The notes under the pieces: generated by a model | The model's input: only the letters and a program-made list of their open reading frames with translations | What the model was told of the DNA's origin: nothing | Database searches by the model: none | NCBI RefSeq assembly: GCF_000009045.1 | Contig: NC_000964.3 | Span: forward strand, 1,980,001-2,012,000 | Origin: Bacillus subtilis subsp. subtilis str. 168 | GTDB lineage: Bacteria; Bacillota; Bacilli; Bacillales; Bacillaceae | Length of the DNA stretch: 32,000 bases | Reading direction: 5' to 3' | Translations under genes and position numbers: made by a program | Shown: one piece after another, positions 10,101 to 17,978 of the stretch | Layout of the letters: each line of letters starts with the position of its first letter | How positions within the stretch are numbered: position 1 is the stretch's first letter

Positions 10101-10247
10101 CGAGTCGACGCATAGATTCCCTGTGATCGTAAACGAGGTCTGTTCGATATATGCTTTCGAGCTGAAATCCATTAGTGAATGAAACAGCATTCCTTCCTGC
10201 ATGTGCGATAACGGATAAATATCTTGAATTTGTGCCGATTGTGCCAT
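2565..10247 (-). CDS. ppsB: Plipastatin/fengycin NRPS subunit B (C-A(Tyr)-T-C-A(Thr)-T-E), 2560 aa
   Basis: A 7.7 kb minus ORF. I prefer ATG 10247 (MAQSAQIQDIYPLSHMQEGM, AAGGTG ~10 nt upstream) over the ORF-track TTG at 10268, which lies 4 nt after the ppsA stop. Core motifs, all in frame: HHIIMDG 9792-9812; YTSGTTGRPKG 8376-8408; carrier Ser (GGQSL) 7248-7250; HHIIADG 6687-6707; YTSGTTGQPKG 5277-5309; carrier Ser (GGDSI) 4125-4127; E-domain HHLVVDA 3561-3581. Hand-read pocket codes are DGTITAEVAK (Tyr) and DFWNIGMVHK (Thr). Stop TAG is at 2567-2565. Confidence 0.95.
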   Translation of the reverse strand: MAQSAQIQDIYPLSHMQEGMLFHSLMDFSSKAYIEQTSFTITGNLCVDSFQKSLNLLVSRYDIFRTIFIKEVPDLTGPQQVVLSNRELTVYREDISRLADQEQQTLIDAFMTKDREKGFDLQKDPLMRLALFDRGDSQYTCVWTHHHIIMDGWCLGIILKEFFSMYDSLKNNSPVQLGSTVPYSRYIEWLGEQDQEETAAYWSEYLKEYGNTASIPRIKRRTADGNYKADQVSFSLAPDMVEKLTEAAQNWGVTLNTLFMSIWGVLLHRYNAADDAVFGSVISGRPSAIDGIESMVGLFINTVPVRIRSAEGITFSSLVKAVQEDILSSEQHGYYPLYEIQNHSPLKQGLIDHIFVFENYPVQLHQALSVESENDEGALKLSDISMSEQTNYDFNIVIVPGESFYIKFSYNADVYEREEMLRIQGHLKQALDCILTNPDVAVSDINIVPPEEQQVIQLFNETERPYVNKTIPQLFEEQAHKTPEAAALKMGNECWTYRQLQVRANQIAHALIEKGVGSGDIVAVMMGRSMEMPAALLGIWKAGGAYMPLDPHFPAERLSFLLKDSQAAQLLIEEDLISLIPPSYEGNTITIEHTESYQTEAPNMPPGDLAYLIYTSGTTGRPKGVLVDHHGIANTLQWRREEYSMTEQDISLHLFSYVFDGCVTSLFTPLLSGACVLLTTDDEAKDVLALKRKIARYKVSHMIIVPSLYRVLLEVMTADDAKSLRIVTFAGEAVTPDLLELNQIICPSAELANEYGPTENSVATTILRHLNKKERITIGHPIRNTKVFVLHGNQMQPIGAAGELCISGAGLARGYYKQQELTQKAFSDHPFLEGERLYRTGDAGRFLPDGTIEYIGRFDDQVKIRGYRIELREIETVLRQAPGVKEAAVLARDVSAEEKELVAYIVPEKGNSLPDLYQHLAGTLPSYMIPASIINISQMPLTSSGKLDRFALPEPENNTSVTYMAPRTLIEADLAHIWEDVLNKQHIGIRDDFFQLGGQSLKAAALVSRIHKKLNVELPLSEVFSYPTVESMAVKLMSLKEHAFTQIEPADQRDVYPLSFSQKRLYALHQLADDSTGYNMPAVLELRGNLNRQRLRSVLTELVNRHEALRTVFVLDRDEPVQIIYPEMAFDLKELEMESEQMLESAIETFIKPFYLSSGPLFRACVITMGNNRGFLLLDMHHIIADGVSMSTLVQEFTDLYCGKELPALNLHYKDFAVWQQEKHPKELYKKQEAYWLGQLGGSLPTLELPLDKTRPRLPDFRGGTIEVNIDKDMADELHRLMAETGTTLYMILLAVYSILLSKLSGQEDIVVGSPAAGRPHADLERVIGMFVNTLAMRSKPEGHKTFSSYLHDIRHLALTAYEHQDYPFEELADKLDTNREVNRNPLFDAMLVLQSSEDFRFEVPGLSISSVTPKHDISKFDLTLHAEEHLSGIRCRFEYSTALFEEETITQWASYFIELVKGVTADTEMRISNMQLLPAAERRLLLEKMGQYAAYPRNENIVSLFEKQVAQYPEHIAVVCGHSQLTYRDLNEKAERAAAMLIKQGVRTGDIVGLMLDRSPDMIIGVLSILKAGGAYLPIDPEYPKERISFMLNDSGAKLLLTERGLNKPADYTGHILYIDECENNSIPADVNIEEIVTDQPAYVIYTSGTTGQPKGVIVEHRNVISLLKHQNLPFEFNHEDVWTLFHSYCFDFSVWEMFGALLNGSTLVVVSKETARDPQAFRLLLKKERVTVLNQTPTAFYGLMLEDQNHTDHLNIRYVIFGGEALQPGLLQSWNEKYPHTDLINMYGITETTVHVTFKKLSAADIAKNKSNIGRPLSTLQAHVMDAHMNLQPTGVPGELYIGGEGVARGYLNRDELTADRFVSNPYLPGDRLYRTGDLAKRLSNGELEYLGRIDEQVKVRGHRIELGEIQAALLQYPMIKEAAVITRADEQGQTAIYAYMVIKDQQAANISDIRTYLKNALPDFMLPARMIQIDSIPVTVNGKLDQKALPEPEKQAYTADDISPRNEIETVMAEIWEELLNVDELGVSANFFKLGGDSIKALQVCARLKQRGFETTVREMFEHQTLGELSARVRKDVRAIDQGPVEGEITWTPIQQWFFSQSLESHHFNQSVMIYRAERFDEAALRKVLKSLVTHHDALRIVCRHEDGRQVQINRGIDLSDEELYALELFDVKDSLTEARNTIEEAASRMQEHIRLETGPLLHAGLFRTENGDHLFLTIHHLVVDAVSWRILFEDFSTAYKQAVSGESIKLPQKTDSYLTYSQRIADYSISRQVQREAAYWDECENRHIQPIPKDNDAASNTFKDTEVIDFELSRHHTELLLTAAHKAYSTEMNDILLTALGLALQKWTGNNQFKISMEGHGRESYLEDIDISRTVGWFTSIYPVWLDMRDSDHKDKEERLGHLIKQTKDMLHRIPHKGAGYGVLKYISKRWGSQKNSPEISFNYLGQFDQDIQSNAFEVSDIKPGNEISPNWERPYALDISGAVSSGCLNMHIIYNRFQFEEKTIQTFSRHFKQTLENIIEHCTGKENQEWSASDFTDEDLTLDELSEIMGAVNKL
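7101..10247 (-). other. ppsB module 3: C-A(Tyr)-T, no E domain (boundary approximate)
   Basis: C His motif 9792-9812, A3 core 8376-8408, carrier Ser 7248-7250. A C domain follows directly, so L-Tyr is expected at position 3. Confidence 0.8.
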
Positions 10248-10271
10248 CAATTCCACACACCTTTTCAAAAG

Positions 10272-13200
10272 TTAAAGATCTTTCACGAGATCTTCGATGC
10301 TAGATAATGCAGACAACGTTAATTCTTTATTGCTGAAATCGCTCAATGTTTTTTCGCGTGCTTTTTTCTGCGAACAATGCTCAATCGTCTCGATAAGATG
10401 CCTGTGAAAACGATCCATAAAGCACTCAATTGAGTGTTTGCTGAACACTTGGGTGTATACCGCTTTTACGTGAAGCCGTCCGTCCGTAATGAGAGCATTG
10501 ATGTCCAGCTCATACTCTCGTTCTCTCTCACCCGCTATTTCGTAACGGGGCTGGTAATATGATAATTGAAACGTTTCAACTTCCTTCTCTTCGCTAAATT
10601 GACCGAGATAATTAAAGCTGACCTCAGGCTCTTTATGCCGCAGTTCTCCTATGTGTGTTAACAATCCGTATCCAGTTCCTTTGTTCGGTACTCTTCTCAG
10701 CATATCTTTTGTCGTCTTAATTCGGTATGCGAGCTGATCCTCGAAAGGCTCGGGAATACCCATGTCTAGCAGAATAGGATAAATGGAGGTAAACCATCCA
10801 ACTGTCCTTGAAATATCAATGTTTGGCACATGCCCTTCTCTACCGTGTCCCTCAGTGCTGATCACGATTTGGTCATGCCCAGTCCATTCAGAAAGCGCCA
10901 TTCCTAAAGCCGTAAGCAAAAGTTCGTTGGCATCAGTACCATAGGCTTGCTGGGTTTCAAACAGCAATTTTTCAGTCCAGTCCCCGGATAGTACAAACGC
11001 TGCTGCGTCGCTGTTCATTTGGAGTTTGTCTGGCACATTTTCTATGTCCTTAGGAAGAAAAGCAGTGTGAGCGTCTAAAATCGTTTGCCAATACGTTTTC
11101 TCTGAAAGCAATTGTTTACTTTCAGCTATTTGGGTAAGACCATCGGCGTAGGATAAATAAGAATCCGTTTTTGGCGGTAATTGGATTTCTTTCTTTTCTA
11201 AAGCCTGTTGATATGCTGCAGCTAAATCCTCAAGCAGAATTCTCCAAGAAACGCCATCTATCACAAGATGATGAAGTGCAATCAGCAAATGATCCCCTTC
11301 TGCCGTTTTAAACAAACCTGCTTGCAGTAAGGGCCCTTTTTCTACATTCATTTTGCTTTGAATGACGGTTTCCTCAGCGGCAAGTTTTTCATCAAGATGA
11401 GCCCTTTCCAGCGATGCTTTTGTCCAATCTGAAATATAAAGGCCAAACAGTTCATGATCCTTGTGATTGATTCCGCGATTAAACTGAATGACATGGCCGT
11501 TTTGGTCACGTTGGAAAATCATGCGAATGGCATCATGATGCTCGGTTATTTTACGCAGCGCTAGATGAAGCGCGTTAGCATTGAATCCTTTTTCACTGAA
11601 AAGCATGACGGACTGGTTGTAATGATAGTGAAAAGCATGTACCTGTCCGAAAAATCTTCGCTGAATCGGGGTGAGTTCAGCTTCACCTTCCGCAGGTCCC
11701 TGGTCCGCTTGAGATGCCAATGGTGTGATATGTCCGCATAGTTCCTGAATCGTTGAATAACGGAATAAGTCGCGTATTGTCATGCTCCAGCCTTCAGCTG
11801 CCAGACGTGCTGCCACTTGTAATGCTTTAATTGAGTCTCCGCCAAGCTCAAAAAAGGAATCGTGAATGCCGACTCGTGACATGCTCAGTACATCTTCCCA
11901 TATATACGCCATCGTTTTTTGTAAGTCGTTAACTGGTGCGGTATATGGACGCGATAACACATTATTTGGAGCCGGCAAGGCATTTCTGTCCAGCTTTCCG
12001 TTTAGGGTCAGCGGCATGTTTACTAAAGGAATCAGATATGCAGGAATCATATACGCTGGCAGTTCCTTTGTTAAAGCAGCACGGAGAGCATTCGTATTGA
12101 CGTCTGAAGGCACAATATATGCTGCCAAACCAGCCTGTCCATTTTTATCATGCTGAACGGCAACAGCAGCTTCTCTGACAAGCCCCGTTTGAAGCAGAAC
12201 ACTTTCAATTTCTTCTGTTTCAATTCTGTATCCATTTATCTTTACTTGATAATCCATTCGGCCAAGAAGCCGGATCGTTCCGTTTGGAAGCCAGCATGCT
12301 CGATCACCGGTTCTGTACAGCCTTTCTCCAGAGACAAATGGATTTTCTGTAAATTTCATTTGCGTTAAGTCAGGTTTATGATGATAGCCTTTCGCAACAC
12401 CTGCCCCGCCGATGCACAGCTCGCCGGCAACACCGATCGGCTGAATTTGATCAGTCTGGCTGAGTACGTACATGTGTACATTCGGCAGCGGGCTGCCGAT
12501 TGGTACGTTATCTCCCGTACACTCTCCACCCATACTGGTTTCATAGAAACTCGAATCAATGGTTGCCTCTGTGACACCATAGCTATTAATGATGCGCATG
12601 CTTTGGCCAAAGCGATCTGTCAATGTTTTGAAATCTTGAGCTTTCACCATGTCGGAACCAAGAATCAGTATGTCTAAGTCAGGAAGCTTGAACTGGTTAC
12701 GGTATACATACTCCATCACCGGGATAATGAGAGCCGGTGTCGACTCCATCACCGTGATTCTCTGAGATTTAATGATTTTATATATTTCAGCAGGTTCCAG
12801 CCGTGTTTCATCTGGGCAAACGATTAGAGTCCCGCCGTTGGTCAATGTTCTCGCCAAATCTCCTGAGAAGACATCGAATGAAAAGCTCGCGATTTGAAGC
12901 AGTCTGACAGGCTTCCGATCCAGTTCATAAATTTGACGCCAAGCAAGAGCAGCATGAGTAAAGTTCTGATAGGTGACAATAACACCTTTAGGCGCACCCG
13001 TCGTTCCTGACGTATAAATGATATATACCGGCTCTTCAGGAGCAGGAGATAAGTTAAGGTTGCAGTTACTTTCTTCAAAAGAGCCCTCATCGTCAAGGAA
13101 GATGTGAGACATCTCAGATTCAGGCGAGTTCGAAATCAAATGCTTCAACTCTCTCTGTAAAAGAAGAATATCTGCCCCGCTATCACGAAGAATGTATTCA

Positions 13201-14830
13201 ATACGAGCTTTTGGATAATGTGCATCGATTGGGATATACACTCCGCCAGCTTTCATCACTGCCAGAACTCCAACAATTGCATCGATGGACCGCTTGGCTA
13301 AAACAGCCACAGTTGGCTTCGGTCCTTTTCTGTTTTGCAATGTTCGTGCCAGACGATTGGCTCTTTCATTTAGAAGGCGATAGCTAATCTCTGTTTCGTT
13401 ATCAATAACAGCTATATGTTCTGGATTTTCTTCAGCTTTCGCTTCAAATATGCGATGAAAAGGAATATCTTTTTGAGCAAATTCAACTTGAGTTTTGTTA
13501 AATTCAAAGACTATTTTTTGTTTTTCTTTATCACTAAGTATGTTTATTTGTGCAAGGCTTGTTTCAGGAGTTGAAAGTGCCTCATGCAGAAATTCGATAA
13601 AATGATCAGCCCAGCGTTCAATCGTAGCTTTCAGGAATACTTCTGTACTAAATTCCATTTCGCAGCAAATAGATCCACTTATTTCCGTAGCTATTAATGT
13701 GATATCAAATAAGGAAATGTGATGTGCGAAATTGGCAGGCCGGACTTTTATTTCTCTCAGATCTATGTCTTGTTTTTCCACATTTTGAAGGATAAACATC
13801 GCATCAAACACTGGGTTCCGGCTCATATCTCGTGTCAATTCAAGCTTATCGACAAGCTCTTCGAACGGGTAATCCTGGTGCTCAAAGGCTTCCAATGCTG
13901 TCTCACGCACTTCCTGCAAATACTGTACGAATGGCTTCCCGCCCTCCGGGCGCGTCCGAAGCGCCAGCGTGTTCACAAACATGCCGAGTATCGGCTCAAG
14001 ATCCTTGTGCGGCCGGCCGGCAATTGGCGAGCCGACGATGATATCTTCCTGTCCGCTTAAGCGTGACAAGAACGCGGTGTAAGCCGCAAGAAGCACCATG
14101 TACAGTGTGCTTCCGTTTTCACGTGCCAGCTTGTGAAGGCCTGATGCAACCTCTTGATCCAGCGTAAATGAGACCTTGTCACCCGCGAAGCTTCGCACCG
14201 GCGGGCGGGCATGATCAGCCGGAAGATCCAGCACAGGCAGCTCGCCCTCGAGCTGCTTCAGCCAGTACGCCTCTTGCGTTTTGTACGCGTCTCCTGTTTT
14301 GAATCCTTCTCGCCATACGGCATAATCTTTATATTGAATGCGCAGTGCCGGAAGATTCCGATTATTGTACAGCTCGCCGAATTCCCGAATCAGAATGTTG
14401 ACGGAAACACCGTCTGAAATGATGTGATGCATATCAACCAGCAACAGGTGCCGCTCATCTGATATCTTTACGATTTGGGCACGGAACAGCGGCGCTTGGC
14501 TGAGATCAAACGGTTTGATAAATGCGGCTGCGGCCTCCTGTTCGGTTCGTTCGCCGAGAACTGTAGTCTGTAACGTAAACGGCACCTCGTCATGGATGCG
14601 CTGCACCGGATCGCCTCCTGCGTCCTGTTCGAAGGAGGTCCGAAGCGACTCGTGGCGCTTGATCAGCTCTTTGAAAGCTCTCTCCATCCTTTCAGGGTTG
14701 AGCTTCCCTTCGAGCTCTAACACAGCCGGCATATTGTAGCCTGTCCCTCCGTCCTCCAGCTGCTGAAGGACATAAATCCGCTTTTGGGCAGAGGAAACCG
14801 GATAGGTTTCCTGTTTTTCAGCGGGCTTAA
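10272..14830 (-). other. ppsA module 2: C-A(Orn)-T-E (boundary approximate)
   Basis: The second C domain starts near ETYPVSSAQKRIYVLQQL (~14778-14810). Motifs are as listed for ppsA. The E domain fits D-Orn. Confidence 0.8.
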
Positions 14831-17800
14831 TCGCTTCATATGGACTGTCCGTTCCTTCACGGATAACGGTAGCCAGTCCTTCTACTGTCGGATGGGCAAA
14901 CACATCTTTTAGCGGCACCTGTACATCGAATTCTTTGGCGATCCGTGAGACAAGCGCCGTTGCTTTTAAGGAATGTCCCCCGCGGTCAAAAAAGTTGTCG
15001 TGAATCCCGACAGGGCCATTTTTCAGCACGTCCTCCCACAGCTGAGAAAGCTTCATCTCAGTCACGTTTCTCGGCGCCGTGTAGGTCTCCGCATCTGCCG
15101 CTCCGCCAGGAGCTGGCAGGGCGTTTCGGTCGAGCTTTCCGCTTGGCGTAACCGGCCACTGTTCCATCTCTATCATATAGGCTGGGACCATGTAGCCCGG
15201 CAACAGTCTCTCAAGCTGTGCACGCACTTCGTTTCTTTGGAGCCCTTCTACATAAGCGCATAATTCCGGCTCCCCGCTGTCTGTCCGTACGGTAACAGCC
15301 GCCTCTCTTACGCCTTCTATGCTTCTTAGTGCCGCTTCAATTTCTCCCGGCTCAATCCGGTAGCCGCGGATTTTTACCTGATCATCCGTGCGCCCGAGGA
15401 ATTCAACATTCCCGTCAGGGAGCCAGCGCGCCACATCCCCGGTTTTGTACATGCGTTCCCCCGGGTAAAACGGGTCTTCAAGAAAACGCTCCTCCGTTAA
15501 TGCCGGCCGATTCAAATAACCTCTGGCAACACCCGCTCCGGCAATGTACAGTTCGCCGGCGACACCGGAAGGCTGTACGGCTAAATGCGGATCTAAAACA
15601 TACAAACGCGCACCAGGTACGGGCTTCCCAATCGGAATCCGCAAACGATCCCTGTCCCGTTCTGGATCCAATACGTAAAATGCCGCGTCTACCGTTGCTT
15701 CTGTCGGCCCGTAACCATGGATTAATGATACCTGCGGCAATACAGAAGCAAAACGGGCTGCCGTACGCGGCGCAAGCGGTTCACCTCCGGCGAATACACG
15801 CTTTAGGCTTGTCCTGTCACTCAGCCTTTCGATTTCCGCTTGATCGAGAAAGCTGTTCAGCATAGCCGGAATAAAATGAGCCGTTGTCACGTTTTCCTGA
15901 TGAATGGCTTGTACGATCAATGCGGAGTCTTTCTCCCAGCCGGGCGGAAGCAGATACGCCGAAGCACCGGAAAGCGACCACCAAAACAGCTGCCACACAG
16001 ACGCATCAAAGGAAAAAGAGGTTTTCACCATGACAATGTCATCTTCCGAAAGCGGAAACTGGTGCTGCATGCCGGTCAGAAAGGAAACAGCCTGACGGTG
16101 CTCAACGGCCACTCCTTTCGGCTGCCCGGTAGAGCCCGATGTATAGATGACATAGGCGAGAGATCCGCCGTCAGCAGGAGTAAACTCATGGTTTTCTGCT
16201 TTTTCGCTCGCAAGAGATGTCATGTCCACTTCAAGCGTTTCGCCAGAAAAGTTTGGTGCGGAGCATCCCGGCTGTGTCAGCAAGAGCGATGCCCCGCTGT
16301 CTTTCAGCATGTAGCTCAGCCGCTCCTTTGGATACGCAGGATCAAGCGGCAAATACGCCCCGCCGGCCTTCAATACAGCAAGGACAGCGATCAGCATGTC
16401 AGGTGAGCGTTCAGACAGGACACCGACGATACTTTCGTTTGTGACGCCGCGTGCCGCAAGGTGCGCAGCCAGCCGGCTGGCGTACATATCAAGCTCAGCG
16501 TATGTCAGCGAACCGCCTGAAAAGCGAATGGCCAGCCGCTCCGGTGTGAAAGCTGCCTGTCGCTCAAACAGCCCATGCAGGGTGAAAGCTTTAGGCGAAA
16601 CAGCTTCCGTCTTGTTAAACTCATACAACAATTTTTGCTTTTCTCTTGTATTCGTCATATCTAATTCTCTTATAAAGCTGTGCGGATGTTTAAGGGCGTT
16701 TTCCAGTATGGTAAGCAGATGAGATTGTATTCGTTTAATATCCTCAAGAGAAAACAAGGTATTTTGATAGTCGAAATTTAATTGAATGGTTCCATTGTCT
16801 ATCCGTTCTTGTATTTGAACTGAAAGTTCGTTCGCGGTGTATCCGCTGAAATAAAGCGCTGTTTCATAGTCAAAATCATCTGCATTGTGCCACTGAAGTG
16901 GCTGATACTGCATAGATATACCGATAAGGTTGTGTAAATCCTTCTGTTCATTTCTTAATTCATTTACAAGCAAATTATAAGGAAACCGTTGATGACGCAT
17001 AACAGAAAGCTGTTCCCTGCCTATTGTGCGGACAAAGGAAAGAAAATCTGTGTCAGGATCAACCGTTATTCTGATTGGAAGGGAACTAACGAACATGCCG
17101 AGCATTTCTTTTTCAGCCTTTGAACCTCTGTTGCCATAGTAGGTGCCAATGGCAAGATCTTTTTTAGAAGTGATTCGGCTGATGCATATGTAAAATGAAG
17201 CCATAAATAAGGAAATGATATTGATCTTGTGTTCTTCGCAGAAGATTCGAATCGTTTGCTCTAGATCAGGTGAAAGAATGATGGTGTCTCTGGATGCAGA
17301 TGTGCTCTGTTTTTGTAAGGACGTCTGGTCGGCTAACGAGTGGTATTCCAACGGGTGCTCAAAGGTTTGCGTCCAAAATAAACGGTCCTTTGCAAACCGT
17401 GGAGATTGTAGATATTGACTCTCTTTTTCGATGTAGCTCAAGTAAGAAGGTTCCGGCTGATCAGGTAAAGGATCTTTCTTTTTCATTTTTTGATAAAGAT
17501 CTATAATTTGATTTCCCATCACATTTAAAGAGATTCCATCCATTATGATATGATGGAATTTCGCAAATAGCCAAACTTCATGAGAGTCAATTCTAAGGAG
17601 GTAAAATTGAAAAAGAGGCGAGTTGAACAGTTTAAATGGAATGCTCGCTTGATCCTGAATCCATTGCTCTATTTCTATCATTTCAACATTTGAAAAATCA
17701 ATTATTCTAAGTGGATAATATTTATATTCAGTAAGGTGCAATCGAGGCTCAAGCTCTTCTCCTTCTAACAGCTGAAATCTAATGGCGTCGTTGCGGGAGA

Positions 17801-17957
17801 TGGAATGATTCAGTGCTCCCTCCAGAGTATCAAGCTCAATATTGCCTTTAAATTTCACACAAGCTGTAAGATTGCAAATGCTGGTATCTGGCTCCAGCAG
17901 TTCGGTAAACCACACTCTCCTTTGGGCATGGGTTAAAGAATAAGTATGTTCGCTCAA
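10272..17957 (-). CDS. ppsA: Plipastatin/fengycin NRPS subunit A (C-starter-A(Glu)-T-C-A(Orn)-T-E), 2561 aa
   Basis: A 7.7 kb minus ORF. The ORF-track ATG at 17978 has no RBS. TTG 17957-17955 has GGAGGG (rc of 17964-17969) 6 nt upstream and gives (M)SEHTYSLTHAQRRVWFTELL. Core motifs in frame: HHIIMDG 17535-17555; YTSGSTGQPKG 16113-16145; carrier Ser (GGHSL) 14970-14972; HHIISDG 14409-14429; YTSGTTGAPKG 12984-13016; carrier Ser (GGDSI) 11832-11834; E-domain HHLVIDG 11253-11273. Hand-read pocket codes are DAWHFGGVDK (Glu) and DVGEIGSIDK (Orn). Stop TAA is at 10274-10272. Confidence 0.95.
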   Translation of the reverse strand: MSEHTYSLTHAQRRVWFTELLEPDTSICNLTACVKFKGNIELDTLEGALNHSISRNDAIRFQLLEGEELEPRLHLTEYKYYPLRIIDFSNVEMIEIEQWIQDQASIPFKLFNSPLFQFYLLRIDSHEVWLFAKFHHIIMDGISLNVMGNQIIDLYQKMKKKDPLPDQPEPSYLSYIEKESQYLQSPRFAKDRLFWTQTFEHPLEYHSLADQTSLQKQSTSASRDTIILSPDLEQTIRIFCEEHKINIISLFMASFYICISRITSKKDLAIGTYYGNRGSKAEKEMLGMFVSSLPIRITVDPDTDFLSFVRTIGREQLSVMRHQRFPYNLLVNELRNEQKDLHNLIGISMQYQPLQWHNADDFDYETALYFSGYTANELSVQIQERIDNGTIQLNFDYQNTLFSLEDIKRIQSHLLTILENALKHPHSFIRELDMTNTREKQKLLYEFNKTEAVSPKAFTLHGLFERQAAFTPERLAIRFSGGSLTYAELDMYASRLAAHLAARGVTNESIVGVLSERSPDMLIAVLAVLKAGGAYLPLDPAYPKERLSYMLKDSGASLLLTQPGCSAPNFSGETLEVDMTSLASEKAENHEFTPADGGSLAYVIYTSGSTGQPKGVAVEHRQAVSFLTGMQHQFPLSEDDIVMVKTSFSFDASVWQLFWWSLSGASAYLLPPGWEKDSALIVQAIHQENVTTAHFIPAMLNSFLDQAEIERLSDRTSLKRVFAGGEPLAPRTAARFASVLPQVSLIHGYGPTEATVDAAFYVLDPERDRDRLRIPIGKPVPGARLYVLDPHLAVQPSGVAGELYIAGAGVARGYLNRPALTEERFLEDPFYPGERMYKTGDVARWLPDGNVEFLGRTDDQVKIRGYRIEPGEIEAALRSIEGVREAAVTVRTDSGEPELCAYVEGLQRNEVRAQLERLLPGYMVPAYMIEMEQWPVTPSGKLDRNALPAPGGAADAETYTAPRNVTEMKLSQLWEDVLKNGPVGIHDNFFDRGGHSLKATALVSRIAKEFDVQVPLKDVFAHPTVEGLATVIREGTDSPYEAIKPAEKQETYPVSSAQKRIYVLQQLEDGGTGYNMPAVLELEGKLNPERMERAFKELIKRHESLRTSFEQDAGGDPVQRIHDEVPFTLQTTVLGERTEQEAAAAFIKPFDLSQAPLFRAQIVKISDERHLLLVDMHHIISDGVSVNILIREFGELYNNRNLPALRIQYKDYAVWREGFKTGDAYKTQEAYWLKQLEGELPVLDLPADHARPPVRSFAGDKVSFTLDQEVASGLHKLARENGSTLYMVLLAAYTAFLSRLSGQEDIIVGSPIAGRPHKDLEPILGMFVNTLALRTRPEGGKPFVQYLQEVRETALEAFEHQDYPFEELVDKLELTRDMSRNPVFDAMFILQNVEKQDIDLREIKVRPANFAHHISLFDITLIATEISGSICCEMEFSTEVFLKATIERWADHFIEFLHEALSTPETSLAQINILSDKEKQKIVFEFNKTQVEFAQKDIPFHRIFEAKAEENPEHIAVIDNETEISYRLLNERANRLARTLQNRKGPKPTVAVLAKRSIDAIVGVLAVMKAGGVYIPIDAHYPKARIEYILRDSGADILLLQRELKHLISNSPESEMSHIFLDDEGSFEESNCNLNLSPAPEEPVYIIYTSGTTGAPKGVIVTYQNFTHAALAWRQIYELDRKPVRLLQIASFSFDVFSGDLARTLTNGGTLIVCPDETRLEPAEIYKIIKSQRITVMESTPALIIPVMEYVYRNQFKLPDLDILILGSDMVKAQDFKTLTDRFGQSMRIINSYGVTEATIDSSFYETSMGGECTGDNVPIGSPLPNVHMYVLSQTDQIQPIGVAGELCIGGAGVAKGYHHKPDLTQMKFTENPFVSGERLYRTGDRACWLPNGTIRLLGRMDYQVKINGYRIETEEIESVLLQTGLVREAAVAVQHDKNGQAGLAAYIVPSDVNTNALRAALTKELPAYMIPAYLIPLVNMPLTLNGKLDRNALPAPNNVLSRPYTAPVNDLQKTMAYIWEDVLSMSRVGIHDSFFELGGDSIKALQVAARLAAEGWSMTIRDLFRYSTIQELCGHITPLASQADQGPAEGEAELTPIQRRFFGQVHAFHYHYNQSVMLFSEKGFNANALHLALRKITEHHDAIRMIFQRDQNGHVIQFNRGINHKDHELFGLYISDWTKASLERAHLDEKLAAEETVIQSKMNVEKGPLLQAGLFKTAEGDHLLIALHHLVIDGVSWRILLEDLAAAYQQALEKKEIQLPPKTDSYLSYADGLTQIAESKQLLSEKTYWQTILDAHTAFLPKDIENVPDKLQMNSDAAAFVLSGDWTEKLLFETQQAYGTDANELLLTALGMALSEWTGHDQIVISTEGHGREGHVPNIDISRTVGWFTSIYPILLDMGIPEPFEDQLAYRIKTTKDMLRRVPNKGTGYGLLTHIGELRHKEPEVSFNYLGQFSEEKEVETFQLSYYQPRYEIAGEREREYELDINALITDGRLHVKAVYTQVFSKHSIECFMDRFHRHLIETIEHCSQKKAREKTLSDFSNKELTLSALSSIEDLVKDL
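14831..17957 (-). other. ppsA module 1: N-terminal (starter, lipo-initiation type) C domain-A(Glu)-T (boundary approximate)
   Basis: A condensation domain sits at the very N-terminus of the first synthetase of the operon, followed by a Glu-code A domain and a carrier domain. By established lipopeptide logic, an N-terminal C domain acylates the first residue. Confidence 0.75.
15428..16592 (-). repeat. Copy 2 (ppsA Glu A-domain) of the ~1.16 kb direct repeat; partner is 1-1165
   Basis: See copy 1. Both copies share the same strand and reading frame (2548+15427 is in register with the ppsA frame). Confidence 0.95.
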
Positions 17958-17978
17958 CGGATTCCCTCCAGTTCTCAT

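Noticed and set aside
1892-17506. All other 60-153 aa ORFs on either strand inside ppsC/ppsB/ppsA (e.g. 3909-4370, 6000-6338, 7761-8114, 13719-14060, 12365-12610)
   Set aside because: They are out-of-frame or antisense to continuous 7.7 kb ORFs with complete domain motif sets. They have no ribosome-binding sites or recognisable protein features.
17958-17978. ORF-track 5' extensions: ppsA from ATG 17978, ppsB from TTG 10268, dacC from 19845, iseA from TTG 22619, yoeC from TTG 23949
   Set aside because: In each case a downstream start has a properly spaced Shine-Dalgarno sequence. The extended start either lacks one or sits within a few nt of the upstream gene's stop. The shorter products match the lengths I recall for the B. 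subtilis proteins.
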